From Bacillota bacterium (GTDB taxonomy: Bacteria > Bacillota > Clostridia > Acetivibrionales > DTU013), in contig JAFABI010000029.1 in the NCBI GenBank assembly GCA_023426125.1, positions 5,701 through 69,700 on the forward strand: a stretch of 64,000 nt of DNA, written 5' to 3'. This document shows positions 39,749 through 50,004 of the stretch, in pieces. The notes beneath the pieces were generated by a model, which was not told the DNA's origin, made no database searches, and saw only the letters and a program-made list of their open reading frames with translations. The position numbers and the translations under genes are program-made. Every line of letters starts with the position of its first letter. The first letter of the stretch is position 1.

Positions 39749-41254
39749 TTGCAGTTTGTGGGGGAGAAGCGCTTGGATACAAGGAAGATGCCTGTTTTAG
39801 GACCGGTAAGAAAAATGATCATGATGATGGTGATAGCTATATTTTCTATTTCCCTTAGCCTTGCATTCATGCTTCACCAGTCAAGGCAGGGACAAAGCGT
39901 TTCCATAGGCTGGGTCATCCTGTTCGTTTTGATTGCCGTCGCAGCATTATACGTTTTATCGAAATATATCATCCTCCCGCTGAATGAGCTTTACAAAGGC
40001 ATTTCGGAGAATGGCCTGAACAAGCTGAAATTGGAGTCCTCCATCCCGACGAAGCAGGAACTGGTTCCCGTAGTTTCAGAGATAAAGGGAATGTTTCAAA
40101 AGATCGAAGATCTAATTTCCTTGATGGAGAACATGAACAAGAACTCGTCCTTCACCGAAATACTGGAATATATTAAAAGTACCTTTGCAGCGTTCATCCC
40201 CTTTGTATATATTGGAATAGCCCTGATCACCCCTGACAAAAAACAGCTGGTTGCTTCCTACGGGGCGTCTGACGGCACTATTAAAGGGCTGCCGCAGAAT
40301 CTGGTGGGAAAGCCGTATGATGTTGAAGAAACAAGCCTTTCAGTTCTGATATCCTCCGGGAAATCCAGGATAATCAATGATCTTGAGAAATACACCGAAG
40401 GTAAACCCTTGTCCGATTATAACGGCATTATTCTTGAAGCAGGCATCAGAGCATCCATTGCAGTGCCGCTGAAAGTGTCCGATGAACCGGTTGGGGTAAT
40501 TTTCTTTTCCAGCAACAAAAAGGACGTGTATAACGACGAGCACATAAGGCTGCTGGAAACATTGGCCAACAGCATCGCCATAAGCCTGGATAAAAATATT
40601 TTTGTTAACGAGCTGCTCTATAGCAGCATTCTGGCGCTTGCAAAATTGGCCGAAGCGCGGGATGAAGATACGGGAGACCATCTTGACAGAATGAAATCCT
40701 ATGCAAAAGCAATCGCCGGCTTCCTGCTTGAGAGAAGGATCTATGAGGATCAAATAACGCAGGAGTATGTGGACAATATAGAGAGGTTCAGTCCCATGCA
40801 CGATATAGGCAAGGTGGGAATCCGCGACGGTATTTTGCTTAAGCCGGGAAAATTGAAACATGAAGAATTTGAGGAAATGAAGAAGCATACCACCAACGGT
40901 GCGGAAGTCTTGAAAGCGGCGGAGTCAAATATTGCGAAAAGAGGCCGAAGCCTGTTCAGAATGGGAATTGAAATCGCGGAATGCCATCATGAGAAATGGG
41001 ATGGTTCCGGATATCCCCGGGGCATCAAAGGGACGGATATTCCGTTGAGTGCCCGAATCGTAGCGGTGGCGGATGTTTTTGATGCATTAACCAGCAAGAG
41101 GCCCTATAAGGAACCGTTTTCCTTTGAAGAATCGTTTAAAACCGTAGAAGAAGGAAGCGGAAGTCACTTTGACCCGGAGATTGTCAAGGCCTTTTCGGCC
41201 AATAAGGACGAGATTGCCCGTATTTATGAGGGTTTCAGGTTAAACAGGCAATAG
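39749..41254 (+). CDS. Membrane-anchored GAF plus HD-GYP domain protein (putative c-di-GMP phosphodiesterase)
   Basis: Two N-terminal TM helices and a GAF-like centre. HD-GYP signatures HDIGKVGI and HHEKWDGSGYPRG. The start is uncertain (39749 or 39788). Confidence 0.85.
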   Translation: MQFVGEKRLDTRKMPVLGPVRKMIMMMVIAIFSISLSLAFMLHQSRQGQSVSIGWVILFVLIAVAALYVLSKYIILPLNELYKGISENGLNKLKLESSIPTKQELVPVVSEIKGMFQKIEDLISLMENMNKNSSFTEILEYIKSTFAAFIPFVYIGIALITPDKKQLVASYGASDGTIKGLPQNLVGKPYDVEETSLSVLISSGKSRIINDLEKYTEGKPLSDYNGIILEAGIRASIAVPLKVSDEPVGVIFFSSNKKDVYNDEHIRLLETLANSIAISLDKNIFVNELLYSSILALAKLAEARDEDTGDHLDRMKSYAKAIAGFLLERRIYEDQITQEYVDNIERFSPMHDIGKVGIRDGILLKPGKLKHEEFEEMKKHTTNGAEVLKAAESNIAKRGRSLFRMGIEIAECHHEKWDGSGYPRGIKGTDIPLSARIVAVADVFDALTSKRPYKEPFSFEESFKTVEEGSGSHFDPEIVKAFSANKDEIARIYEGFRLNRQ

Positions 41255-41450
41255 CCGGCAGACTTTGGATTTCTTTCAACATTTTAACCAAATTTTCATT
41301 TGTATGTGACAGAATGTGAGTATAATGGGTTGTATACCCCGTATTTTATAGGATTGACTTGACTATCCTAATACTGCGGCGAAAATGTAGCGGCAAATAC
41401 GGTAAAAGTAAATTACGATGGAAAAAACTCTAAAAACGAGGTGCAGGTAC

Positions 41451-42716
41451 ATGAGAAAGCTGAAATATTCCTATGAATCAAGCTCTGGTGAAAATACAAC
41501 TTCCCGTAGAAATCTCCGTAAATACGATCCATTGCGGCAGGAGCCGGTCGCAGGCTTTGCCTGTTGCTCGCCTATGCAGCCTACATTTCCCGGACTACGG
41601 AAAGTTATCCTTCCCGTAGTCCTAAGTACATGGTTCCTGGTCATAGCATTCTTGCTGTCAGGCTGCGGAGGGGACAAGGTGAATAACGGGGACAATCCGG
41701 GAAATGGCGGCATTCAGCCCTCAACCTCCGGGACTTCTTCAACGGAGGAGGCCGGCACTCCTCAAGCAACGCCGGACCCTACGCCAAGCCCGGCGCCGGA
41801 AATTGACCTGTCCGTCGTCAAACCCAATGAAGCGGGGAAAATAATGGTAGTGATGTTCCATAACTTTGTTGAAGCCTACAAATCCGGCGACAAGGAGTAT
41901 ACCACCACCTTTGGGGAATTTGAAAAGCTTCTGGGCACGCTTTACGATTCAGGGTATAGGCTGATCAGCTTCAGCGATTATCTGAACAACGATATCAATG
42001 TGCCGGCAGGATGTATCCCGATGGTGTTTACCTTTGACGACGGCACTGCCGGCCAGTTCAATCTGGTGGCGGAAAACGGGAAATTGGGGCCGAATCCTCA
42101 GTCTGCCGTTGGCATCATGGAGAAATTTAACAGGGAGCATCCGGATTTCGGGCTCAAAGGAACGTTTTTCGTAAATCTGGGCAATAGCACCTTCCCGGGT
42201 GAGGGAACCGTGCAGGAAAGGCTTAAATATCTCATTGACAAAGGCTTTGAAATAGGGAACCATACCTATACCCATATAAACCTGAAAAAAACCACAGATG
42301 CGGATAAGGTCCAGGAGGAAATCGGCGGGAACCAAAAAAAGATGTATGAGTTAATTCCCGGATATAAGTTTACGGCGTTCTCTTTGCCGTATGGCCTGCC
42401 CTCGAAGGATCTGCAGCAATATGTTGTGAAAGGCGCCTTTGAAGGCGTGGAATATGAGAACCCCGCAATCGTGGAAGTAGGATGGGATCCTGCGCTGTCA
42501 CCAGTGAATCCCAAATACAACCCTTTGTCGATCCATCGTGTAAGAGCTTCAGGCATTGAGCCGGTTGATGCCGACCTTGCCTGGTGGCTGGAGAAGCAAA
42601 AAAGGGAATCCCAGTATATCAGCGACGGAAATCCGGAGACGGTTACCGTTCCAAAGGACAAGGAAGCTTCGCTTGACACCTCGAAATTGAACGGCAGGAA
42701 ATTGGTTGTATATTAA
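41451..42716 (+). CDS. Polysaccharide deacetylase (NodB homology) lipoprotein
   Basis: Lipobox LLSGCGG and a Pro/Thr-rich linker. NodB motifs FTFDDG and GNHTYTH. Start taken at the ATG at 41451, after GAGGTG. Confidence 0.8.
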   Translation: MRKLKYSYESSSGENTTSRRNLRKYDPLRQEPVAGFACCSPMQPTFPGLRKVILPVVLSTWFLVIAFLLSGCGGDKVNNGDNPGNGGIQPSTSGTSSTEEAGTPQATPDPTPSPAPEIDLSVVKPNEAGKIMVVMFHNFVEAYKSGDKEYTTTFGEFEKLLGTLYDSGYRLISFSDYLNNDINVPAGCIPMVFTFDDGTAGQFNLVAENGKLGPNPQSAVGIMEKFNREHPDFGLKGTFFVNLGNSTFPGEGTVQERLKYLIDKGFEIGNHTYTHINLKKTTDADKVQEEIGGNQKKMYELIPGYKFTAFSLPYGLPSKDLQQYVVKGAFEGVEYENPAIVEVGWDPALSPVNPKYNPLSIHRVRASGIEPVDADLAWWLEKQKRESQYISDGNPETVTVPKDKEASLDTSKLNGRKLVVY

Positions 42717-42928
42717 TTTACTTTTTGTAAAATTTATGCTATAGTATTAGTATAGTTGGATTTTGCCATGGAGAAAATCCGGCTGCGCATAAAGTTTGCA
42801 ATAAAAACCATATTATTATATAATTGTAAAAGAGTTCAGTAATGAAAATTGCATTGTTTTTATGATGTGATTTTTATTATATAAGAGATTGCAGGTGAAA
42901 TGATTATTCCTCCGAAGGAGTGTTGGAT

Positions 42929-43240
42929 ATGGCAAAAGGTGTAGCGAAAAAAGTGCAGACCGATATCGATGTAAAGAGAAAAGCTGTCAAGCTTGTCATT
43001 GCGCATCTCAAAAAGAAGATCACGGGAGAATTCATTGGCTCGGACCATATAAACGACTGGATTTCGGATATGGAGAAGCTTTTGGAAAAGCCTGAATTTG
43101 TCATGATCGAATACCATGAAATGAGGCGCAACCTGAATGATGTGATTGAACGCACCGTGGATGAGGAAATGCGGTTCAAATTAAGAGATTCGTGGTACAG
43201 CCTGGGGAAAGCGCTGGATAAGAAAGTGAAGCAGAAATAG
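42929..43240 (+). CDS. Hypothetical protein (103 aa, helical, Lys/Glu-rich)
   Basis: ATG 10 nt after an AAGGAG RBS, followed by a strong terminator. Confidence 0.45.
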   Translation: MAKGVAKKVQTDIDVKRKAVKLVIAHLKKKITGEFIGSDHINDWISDMEKLLEKPEFVMIEYHEMRRNLNDVIERTVDEEMRFKLRDSWYSLGKALDKKVKQK

Positions 43241-43251
43241 CGATGAAAATC

Positions 43252-43275
43252 AAAACCCGGAGCTTCCGGGTTTTT
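43252..43275 (+). terminator. Rho-independent terminator
   Basis: AAAACCCGGAGCTTCCGGGTTTTT: a GC stem followed by a T-run, 12 nt after the stop codon. Confidence 0.8.
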
Positions 43276-43357
43276 GCATTTAATTACAATATTTACAAAT
43301 CCCAGGAAATGGTATATTATTTTTCTATACTATTTTTGCTTCAGGGGTGACGTAGTT

Positions 43358-43525
43358 ATGTTTTTCAGGCGCGGTACGGTTGAAAATCCTTATGACAGGC
43401 TGGCGGACAAGATAAGGAAGGAGCTTCTGGAGACACTGCAAAAAAAGGGCGTGGTCATTTCCAGGATCAAAGTCGACATGGACATGGATAAAATGAATGT
43501 CAGCATGAATTTGAAAGAACGATAG
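43358..43525 (+). CDS. Hypothetical small protein (55 aa)
   Basis: ATG at 43358 lies 7 nt after an AGGGGTGA RBS. Followed by a terminator. No motif. Confidence 0.35.
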   Translation: MFFRRGTVENPYDRLADKIRKELLETLQKKGVVISRIKVDMDMDKMNVSMNLKER

Positions 43526-43537
43526 GCGCATTTATGC

Positions 43538-43572
43538 AAAAAACTGCTCTGAACAGGGCAGTTTTTGTTTTT
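43538..43572. terminator. Rho-independent terminator, A-run/T-run flanked (possibly bidirectional)
   Basis: AAAAAACTGCTCTGAACAGGGCAGTTTTTGTTTTT. Confidence 0.7.
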
Positions 43573-43678
43573 GACTCGAAGTTTCACTTTTTATGTGAAG
43601 CGGCGGGGAATTTATGCAGTAACCTCCGGTTTTTAAGGGAAAATGCATTCCCCTTTTGTCCGTGCGGGCGGCACAATC

Positions 43679-44473
43679 TCAAACGGCGAGGTTCAACAAG
43701 CGCAAAGCATTCTTGCTTAAGATTAAATCAAATTCTTCCCCGGTCAGGCTCAGAGACTTGATATTGGCAACCTCCCGGGATTGGTCTGTCCAGGGGGAGT
43801 CGGTGCCGAAGAGGACTTTTTCGGCACCATGGCCTTTAATCAAGGCTCCCATGGATTCCGCGCCCATGTCGTTAAATGCGAAGGAAGAATCCAGATAGAC
43901 CTCCCTGCCCAGCAAATATTTTTCAACATCCTCCCAGTACCGGTATCCTCCCATGTGGGCGGCAATTATCTTTGCACCCGGGAAGGCGTCAAGTACTTTG
44001 GAGAGCCTGGAAGGAGTGCAGTGGCAGGGCGGTGAAAAACCCAGATCTACACCGGCATGAAAGAGTATCACCAGCCCGGCTTCGCATAAAGCGTCATAAA
44101 TCGGAAAAAGCTTTTGATCATCCACGTAAAAGTCCTGGTATTCGGGGTGAAACTTTACACCCTTGATTCCTGAAGCGGCCAGCCATTGGATTTCTTTCTT
44201 CCAATCGGGGAAATCCGGGTGTATGGAGCCGAAGCTGAGGATGTTCCCGTCCTGGATTTCCACTGCCCACCGGTTTACATTCACCGTTTGCTCCGGCTTT
44301 GTAGCTATATGCTGAAGGACGCAGAGATCAATGCCTGCCGAATCCATCGATCTTTTAAGATCCTTTGCGGTTCCATCGGTATATGCCGGGATTGCCGCCT
44401 TTTCCGTCAGTGCGGCAATTGCCCTTGCTGCAAGGCCATCGGGGAAAGCATGGGTATGTATATCGATAATCAT
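43679..44473 (-). CDS. Amidohydrolase-family metal-dependent hydrolase (TIM barrel)
   Basis: MIIDIHTHAFP N-terminal HxH motif and later conserved His/Asp residues (KFHPEYQ, LFHAGVD, FGTDSPW). Confidence 0.8.
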   Translation of the reverse strand: MIIDIHTHAFPDGLAARAIAALTEKAAIPAYTDGTAKDLKRSMDSAGIDLCVLQHIATKPEQTVNVNRWAVEIQDGNILSFGSIHPDFPDWKKEIQWLAASGIKGVKFHPEYQDFYVDDQKLFPIYDALCEAGLVILFHAGVDLGFSPPCHCTPSRLSKVLDAFPGAKIIAAHMGGYRYWEDVEKYLLGREVYLDSSFAFNDMGAESMGALIKGHGAEKVLFGTDSPWTDQSREVANIKSLSLTGEEFDLILSKNALRLLNLAV

Positions 44474-44565
44474 AATCTAATGCACCTCCTGAATCTGCAA
44501 TGATTGCTTTTAGTCCCGCGTGATCCTGCCAGGATACGGTTCGTGGGACAACGAGAATAAAATAG

Positions 44566-44695
44566 GTTAAAAAGGCAGATCAGGACCTTGAAGTTGATGT
44601 AGCTTAACTTCGGCTGGATGGCCAGACAGCTGGCAGCCACCAGAAGAAGCGAAGCTGAAAGCACGATGTCTTCAGCATAGCTGCGGTCCTGCCCG
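44566..44695 (-). terminator. Long compound GC-rich stem-loop plus T-run downstream of argH
   Basis: On the minus strand, GGGCAGGACC (reverse complement of 44686-44695) pairs with GGTCCTGATCTGCC (reverse complement of 44573-44586). This encloses nested hairpins, for example GCTGAA/TTCAGC at 44654-44676. It is followed by TTTTTAA. Confidence 0.45.
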
Positions 44696-44697
44696 AT

Positions 44698-46089
44698 TTA
44701 TGGGCCGGTGTTGTTTAACCTGTCCAAAAATGCTCTGCCGCTTGCGATGGAAGCCATGACGCTTTCCTTCGCCGGTCCTCCCGGCAATTTGCGCCCGGAG
44801 ACACATTTTTCAAGGCTGATTTCGCTGTAGACGTCGGCTTCGATCTTATCCGAGAAGCTTTTAAACTCCTCCATGGTCAGCATTTCAATGGCTTTATTGT
44901 TCGTGATGCAGTAAAGCACCATCTTTCCTATGATTTCATGGGCATTCCGGAAAGGGATACCCTTTTTGACAAGATAATCGGCTACATCCGTAGCGTTTGT
45001 AAAACCGCCCTGGGCAGCCCGGTACATGTTTTCCTTCCTGATTTTCATGGTGGCTGTCATCTTTGTAAATACCGGAAGGCACATTTTCACCGTATCAACG
45101 GCGTCAAAAATGGCTTCCTTGTCTTCCTGCATGTCCTTGTTATACGCCAGGGGCAGTGCTTTCATCACCGTCAGCAGGGACATGAGGCTTCCGTAAACCC
45201 TTCCTGTTTTGCCGCGGACAAGCTCGGCCACATCGGGATTCTTTTTCTGCGGCATAATGCTGCTGCCTGTACTGTAGGCATCATCCATCTCAATGAAGGA
45301 AAATTCCCCTGAAGACCACAAGACCAGTTCTTCACAAAGCCTGCTGAGATGCATCATGGTGATGGAGAGGCAGGAGGCCAGCTCAATGACAAAATCCCTG
45401 TCGCTTACGCCATCCAGACTGTTTTCCGTAATTGCGTCAAAGCCAAGCTTATCGGCCACCATATGTCTGTCCAGCGGATACGTTGTACCTGCCAGCGCAC
45501 CGGAGCCTAGGGGCATTACATTTGTTCTCTTGTAACAGTCCTGCAGCCTTTCCACATCCCGCCTGAACATCTGGAAATACGCCATCATGTGATGTGCCAG
45601 CGTTATGGGCTGCGCGCGCTGCAAATGGGTGTAGCCCGGGAGAATGGTGTCCGGGTTTGCCTCGGCAATATCGGCCAGTATGCTGAGAAGCTCGGACAGC
45701 ATCCCTTTTATTTCCGATATTTCATCTTTCAGGTACATCCTTATGTCAAGCGCTACCTGGTCGTTCCTGCTTCTTCCGGTGTGCAGCCTTTTTCCGGTAT
45801 CACCGATGCGGGATATAAGTATTTTTTCAACATTCATATGAATGTCTTCGGCGTCGGTTTCAAATTCGACAAGACCTTTTTCGATATCTGTCAATATCTC
45901 CTTCAGAGTTTTACAGATCAGCGCTGAGTCCTCTTCCGGGATGATCCCGCATTTGCCCAGCATTTCCGCGTGGGCGGTACTGCCCTTGATATCCTGCCTG
46001 TACATTCTGCTGTCAAAGCGGATGGACGAATTGAAATCGTCCACCGCCCTGTCTGTATTTTTTGAAAACCGCCCACCCCAGAGCTTCAT
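44698..46089 (-). CDS. argH: Argininosuccinate lyase
   Basis: MKLWGGRF start, [12 protein letters not shown] signature and about 463 aa. The second ATG is preferred on RBS spacing. Confidence 0.95.
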   Translation of the reverse strand: MKLWGGRFSKNTDRAVDDFNSSIRFDSRMYRQDIKGSTAHAEMLGKCGIIPEEDSALICKTLKEILTDIEKGLVEFETDAEDIHMNVEKILISRIGDTGKRLHTGRSRNDQVALDIRMYLKDEISEIKGMLSELLSILADIAEANPDTILPGYTHLQRAQPITLAHHMMAYFQMFRRDVERLQDCYKRTNVMPLGSGALAGTTYPLDRHMVADKLGFDAITENSLDGVSDRDFVIELASCLSITMMHLSRLCEELVLWSSGEFSFIEMDDAYSTGSSIMPQKKNPDVAELVRGKTGRVYGSLMSLLTVMKALPLAYNKDMQEDKEAIFDAVDTVKMCLPVFTKMTATMKIRKENMYRAAQGGFTNATDVADYLVKKGIPFRNAHEIIGKMVLYCITNNKAIEMLTMEEFKSFSDKIEADVYSEISLEKCVSGRKLPGGPAKESVMASIASGRAFLDRLNNTGP

Positions 46090-46103
46090 ATGCATATACC
46101 TCG

Positions 46104-47315
46104 TTATTTTTTATCTTTCATCATAAGGGACCTGACCTTCAACGGCAACCCAAACAGGTTTATGAAGCCTTCGGCATCCTTCTGGTTATATACCGCATCC
46201 CTTCCGAAGGTGGAAAGCTCCTCACTGTAAAGCGAGTATTCCGATTTGGCTCCGGCCGGCATGCAATTTCCTTTGTAAAGCTTCATCCTTACGGTTCCGG
46301 TCACTGTCTGCTGCGTGTGGTCGACAAAAGCCGAAAGAGCTTCCCGGAGCGGAGTGTACCATTGGCCGAAGTATACCAGCTCTGCAAACCGCTGTGCAAC
46401 GGTATCCTTGTAATGCAAGGTGTCTCTGTCGAGGCAGAGCAGCTCAAGTTCCTTGTGAGCGGCATACAATATTGTTCCGCCGGGAGTTTCATAGACGCCT
46501 CTGGATTTCATGCCCACCAGCCTGTTTTCGACCATATCTACAATACCGATGCCGTTTTCGGCGCCCGCCTTGTTCAGCACCTCAATCATCTGGACAGGGG
46601 AATATTCCACGCCATTCACTTTCTTCGGGATCCCCTGTTCAAACTCGATTTCCACATAGGAAGCCTTATCGGGGGCTTTTTCCGGAGAGACCATCAGCTT
46701 CAGCAGCTTTTCATACTGCGGCTCGTTCCAGGGACTTTCGAGATCCGAGCCTTCATGGCTCAAGTGCCAGAGATTCCTGTCCATGCTGTAGTTATCCTTC
46801 TTGGATACGGGAATGGGAATATTCCTGGCTATCGCATAATCGATGGCGTCTTCCCTGGATTTGATGTCCCAGATCCTCCAGGGCGCAATGATCTTCAAAT
46901 GTGGAGCAAGGGCCTTTACGGTAAGCTCAAAGCGGACCTGGTCGTTGCCTTTGCCGGTTGCGCCGTGGGCGACTGCGGTAGCGCCTTCCTTTTCGGCGAT
47001 CTCCACCATCCGTTTGGCAATGATGGGTCTGGCAAAGGAGGTGCCCAACAGGTATTTTCCTTCATAAACCGCTCCGGCCTTAAGGGTGGGATAAATGAAA
47101 TCCGTGATGAATTCCTCTTTCAGGTCCTCAATGTAGATCTTGCTTGCGCCCGTCTTTATCGCTTTTTCGTTCAAGGGCTCAAGCTCTTCGCCCTGGCCTA
47201 CGTCAGCCGCCATGGCGATGACTTCGCAGTCGTAGTTTTCCTTCAGCCAGGGTATGATGATGGAAGTATCCAGACCTCCCGAATATGCCAGTACCACTTT
47301 TTCCTTCTGACTCAT
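46104..47315 (-). CDS. argG: Argininosuccinate synthase
   Basis: [12 protein letters not shown] and [15 protein letters not shown] signatures. Confidence 0.95.
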   Translation of the reverse strand: MSQKEKVVLAYSGGLDTSIIIPWLKENYDCEVIAMAADVGQGEELEPLNEKAIKTGASKIYIEDLKEEFITDFIYPTLKAGAVYEGKYLLGTSFARPIIAKRMVEIAEKEGATAVAHGATGKGNDQVRFELTVKALAPHLKIIAPWRIWDIKSREDAIDYAIARNIPIPVSKKDNYSMDRNLWHLSHEGSDLESPWNEPQYEKLLKLMVSPEKAPDKASYVEIEFEQGIPKKVNGVEYSPVQMIEVLNKAGAENGIGIVDMVENRLVGMKSRGVYETPGGTILYAAHKELELLCLDRDTLHYKDTVAQRFAELVYFGQWYTPLREALSAFVDHTQQTVTGTVRMKLYKGNCMPAGAKSEYSLYSEELSTFGRDAVYNQKDAEGFINLFGLPLKVRSLMMKDKK

Positions 47316-47368
47316 ATCTTTTCCTCCATAACTGTGCTAAAATTAGTTAGTATTATTTTACTCAATTA

Positions 47369-47402
47369 AAAATAATTATACAATAGAATGTATAATTATT
47401 CA
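47369..47402. promoter_or_regulatory. Putative tandem ARG boxes (ArgR/AhrC operator) in the argG promoter region
   Basis: AAAATAATTATACA-atagaa-TGTATAATTATTCA contains a perfect 11-bp inverted repeat, ATAATTATACA / TGTATAATTAT. The right half resembles the TGAATAATTATTCA ARG-box core. Confidence 0.4.
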
Positions 47403-47435
47403 ATAAATTTTATAAATATTCATGGGCGGTCAAGA

Positions 47436-47939
47436 ATGATTATTATGGGAATAGACCCTGGATTTGCAATTACCGGTTATGGTATAGTAAAATATGAGGG
47501 GAACAAATTTTCGGTCATCGATTACGGCGCGGTTATGACAAAAGCGGCTGTGCCCTTTGCCGAAAGGCTTTTACAACTGGATGTGCGTCTGGATGAGCTG
47601 ATAAAGGCAAACAGACCCGATGCAATTTCGGTGGAGGAGCTTTTTTTCAATAAGAATATAAAAACGGCAATTATGGCGGCGCATGGAAGGGGTACCGCAT
47701 TGGTTGCGGCAGCCAGGTCGGGGGCGGAAGTTTACGAGTATACGCCTCTCCAGGTAAAACAAGCGGTTGTAGGCTACGGAAGGGCTGAGAAAGCACAGAT
47801 CCAGCAGATGGTGAAAGCGATACTGAAGCTCCCGGAAATACCTAAACCGGACGACGTAGCGGACGCTCTGGCAGTGGCCATTTGCCACGGCCATTCCCAT
47901 AAGATGGGGATGCTGCAAAGCCTGGGCGGGAAAAGATAG
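47436..47939 (+). CDS. ruvC: Holliday junction resolvase
   Basis: [18 protein letters not shown] start, EELFFNKN, and a C-terminal [12 protein letters not shown]. Confidence 0.95.
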   Translation: MIIMGIDPGFAITGYGIVKYEGNKFSVIDYGAVMTKAAVPFAERLLQLDVRLDELIKANRPDAISVEELFFNKNIKTAIMAAHGRGTALVAAARSGAEVYEYTPLQVKQAVVGYGRAEKAQIQQMVKAILKLPEIPKPDDVADALAVAICHGHSHKMGMLQSLGGKR

Positions 47940-48100
47940 CCTGAGGCAGTTTCAGGCGCAAGTGGGCTGATCCGGAAGGTAAATTTCGGCCATGCCGGAC
48001 TGGAAAGGCAAGACAGGCTTTTCGCGATTTGGAGGAACTACCGCGGAATTGCCGGGATCCTGAAAGGGATAGGGGATACGAATTCAGGGGGTATTTGGAA

Positions 48101-48709
48101 ATGTATGCATACATAAAAGGTACGCTTGCTTATAAACATAACGATTCCATCGTTGTCGAAGCAAACGGGGTAGGTTATAAAATCAATACGTCACTAAGCA
48201 CCATAGAATCGGCAGGTCCGGAGGGATCGGAAGTAAAGGTTTTTACCCACCTCTATGTCCGGGAGGACATACTGAGCCTTTATGGCTTTGTTTCACAGGA
48301 GGAGCTTGGCATGTTCGAGCTCCTCATCACCGTATCCGGAGTCGGCCCCAAAGCGGCCGTTTCAATGATATCGGCCATATTGCCTTCCAAATTCGGGCTC
48401 GCCGTAATTACCGATGATGCGAAAACACTCACAAGAGCCCAGGGAATAGGCAGCAAGATGGCACAGAGGATCATCCTCGAATTGAAGGATAAGATAAAAA
48501 AGGAGCAGCTGGCGGCTGTTTCCGGGGTGCTGAAAGAGCAGACGGTATCGGATGCGCGCAGTGGTTCAAAGTCCTCGGAGGCAGTAAGCGCCTTGATGGT
48601 ATTGGGCTATACGGCTGTGGAAGCCAGCAGGGCCGTGTCGGCAGTGTATTCCGATGATATGGATATTGAGTCCATTATAAGGAACTCGTTGAAAAACCTG
48701 GTGAGATAA
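48101..48709 (+). CDS. ruvA: Holliday junction DNA helicase subunit A
   Basis: MYAYIKGTL.., LYGF....E..MFELLITVSGVGPKAA and a C-terminal domain III. Confidence 0.95.
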   Translation: MYAYIKGTLAYKHNDSIVVEANGVGYKINTSLSTIESAGPEGSEVKVFTHLYVREDILSLYGFVSQEELGMFELLITVSGVGPKAAVSMISAILPSKFGLAVITDDAKTLTRAQGIGSKMAQRIILELKDKIKKEQLAAVSGVLKEQTVSDARSGSKSSEAVSALMVLGYTAVEASRAVSAVYSDDMDIESIIRNSLKNLVR

Positions 48710-48711
48710 GA

Positions 48712-48778
48712 GGGACATGGGACAGGTTTTTTGCCCTACTCTGCAAATGGAGAGAGGAGACAGAGCAGCACCGTCCCC
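48712..48778. repeat. Family B GGGACA...GTCCCC repeat copy
   Basis: GGGACATGGGACAGG (48712-48726) faces CGTCCCC (48772-48778). It starts 3 nt after the ruvA stop codon. Confidence 0.4.
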
Positions 48779-48817
48779 TGTTGCATTGATAAATACGTAT
48801 TACGGAGGAAGAAGCCT

Positions 48818-49810
48818 ATGGAAGAGGAAAGGCTTGTGTGCAGTGAGATAGGCCTGGAGGATATTGATGAATCCAGCCTGCGGCCGAGAAAGTTCAATGA
48901 ATACATCGGCCAGATGAAGGTGAAGGAAAACCTTTCTGTGTTCATAGAGGCGGCCAAAAAGCGAAAGGAAGCCCTTGACCATGTGCTCCTTTACGGACCG
49001 CCCGGTCTTGGAAAAACTACGCTGGCCGGAATCATTGCCTCCGAACTGGGAGTGAACTTAAGGGTGACTTCCGGGCCTGCCATTGAAAAGCCCGGGGACC
49101 TTGCGGCCATATTGACCAACCTTGGGAGCTTTGACGTGCTTTTCATTGATGAGATACACCGCCTCAACCGCAGTGTGGAAGAAATATTATATCCTGCCAT
49201 GGAGGATTACGCCCTTGACATTATCATAGGAAAAGGTCCAAGCGCCCGGTCCATAAGGCTTGACCTTCCAAAATTCACCCTCATAGGCGCAACGACGAGG
49301 GCCGGTCTGCTGACTTCACCTCTCAGAGACAGGTTTGGCGTTATAAACAGACTGGAAATGTATACCGATGATGAGCTTAAGCTAATAGTAAAAAGATCTT
49401 CGGGAATTCTAAATATTGAAATCGACGAGGAAGGGGCGGAGGAGATTGCGAGGCGTTCCCGCGGTACGCCAAGGATTGCAAACAGGCTGCTGAAGCGCGT
49501 GCGGGATTTTGCCCAGGTCAGAGCTAAGGGAAGAATCGATATGGGTGTTGCCAAAATGGCCCTGGATGCTCTTGAAATCGATCATATCGGCCTGGACGGC
49601 GTAGACAGGAATATGCTTTTAAGCATCATCGACAAGTTTGCCGGGGGTCCTGTGGGGCTTGATACGCTTGCAGCCTGCATCGGGGAGGAAACGGAGACCA
49701 TCGAGGATGTGTATGAGCCTTATCTCCTGCAGTTGGGCTTTATAAACAAGACGCCCCGCGGCAGGATGGCTACCAAGCTGGCGTATGACCACTTTGGACT
49801 GAAAATGTGA
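48818..49810 (+). CDS. ruvB: Holliday junction DNA helicase subunit B
   Basis: [12 protein letters not shown], Walker [12 protein letters not shown], Walker [10 protein letters not shown] and [11 protein letters not shown]. Confidence 0.95.
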   Translation: MEEERLVCSEIGLEDIDESSLRPRKFNEYIGQMKVKENLSVFIEAAKKRKEALDHVLLYGPPGLGKTTLAGIIASELGVNLRVTSGPAIEKPGDLAAILTNLGSFDVLFIDEIHRLNRSVEEILYPAMEDYALDIIIGKGPSARSIRLDLPKFTLIGATTRAGLLTSPLRDRFGVINRLEMYTDDELKLIVKRSSGILNIEIDEEGAEEIARRSRGTPRIANRLLKRVRDFAQVRAKGRIDMGVAKMALDALEIDHIGLDGVDRNMLLSIIDKFAGGPVGLDTLAACIGEETETIEDVYEPYLLQLGFINKTPRGRMATKLAYDHFGLKM

Positions 49811-49909
49811 GGGGACACACCTTTTGCTATAATAGGCTCAGTCTCATGGATGGCATGGAAAGAGAGATATGCCTGTTTCTCCAGTAGGTTGAGTGCGAGG
49901 AATGTCCCC
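49811..49909. repeat. Family B repeat copy bounded by GGGGACA / TGTCCCC
   Basis: GGGGACACACC (49811-49821) faces GAGGAATGTCCCC (49897-49909). It begins at the first base after the ruvB stop codon. Confidence 0.5.
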
Positions 49910-50004
49910 TTTGAACATGCAAGGGGAAGCGGAAGAACAGAGGCGTGAAAGCAGGCCGCAGTTTTTGGTTAATAGCATGGGGAAGGTTGGATCGTGGAGT
50001 ATTT

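Noticed and set aside
44470-44664. 64-aa ORF, or a riboswitch, between argH and the amidohydrolase gene
   Set aside because: The sequence is dominated by nested GC-rich inverted repeats ending in a T-run on the minus strand. It is most simply the argH terminator. I recognised no riboswitch core and no RBS for the ORF.
46062-47369. 435-aa ORF on the plus strand
   Set aside because: It is entirely antisense to argG, which has unmistakable signatures. The translation is low-complexity with no motifs or RBS. It is a typical shadow ORF.
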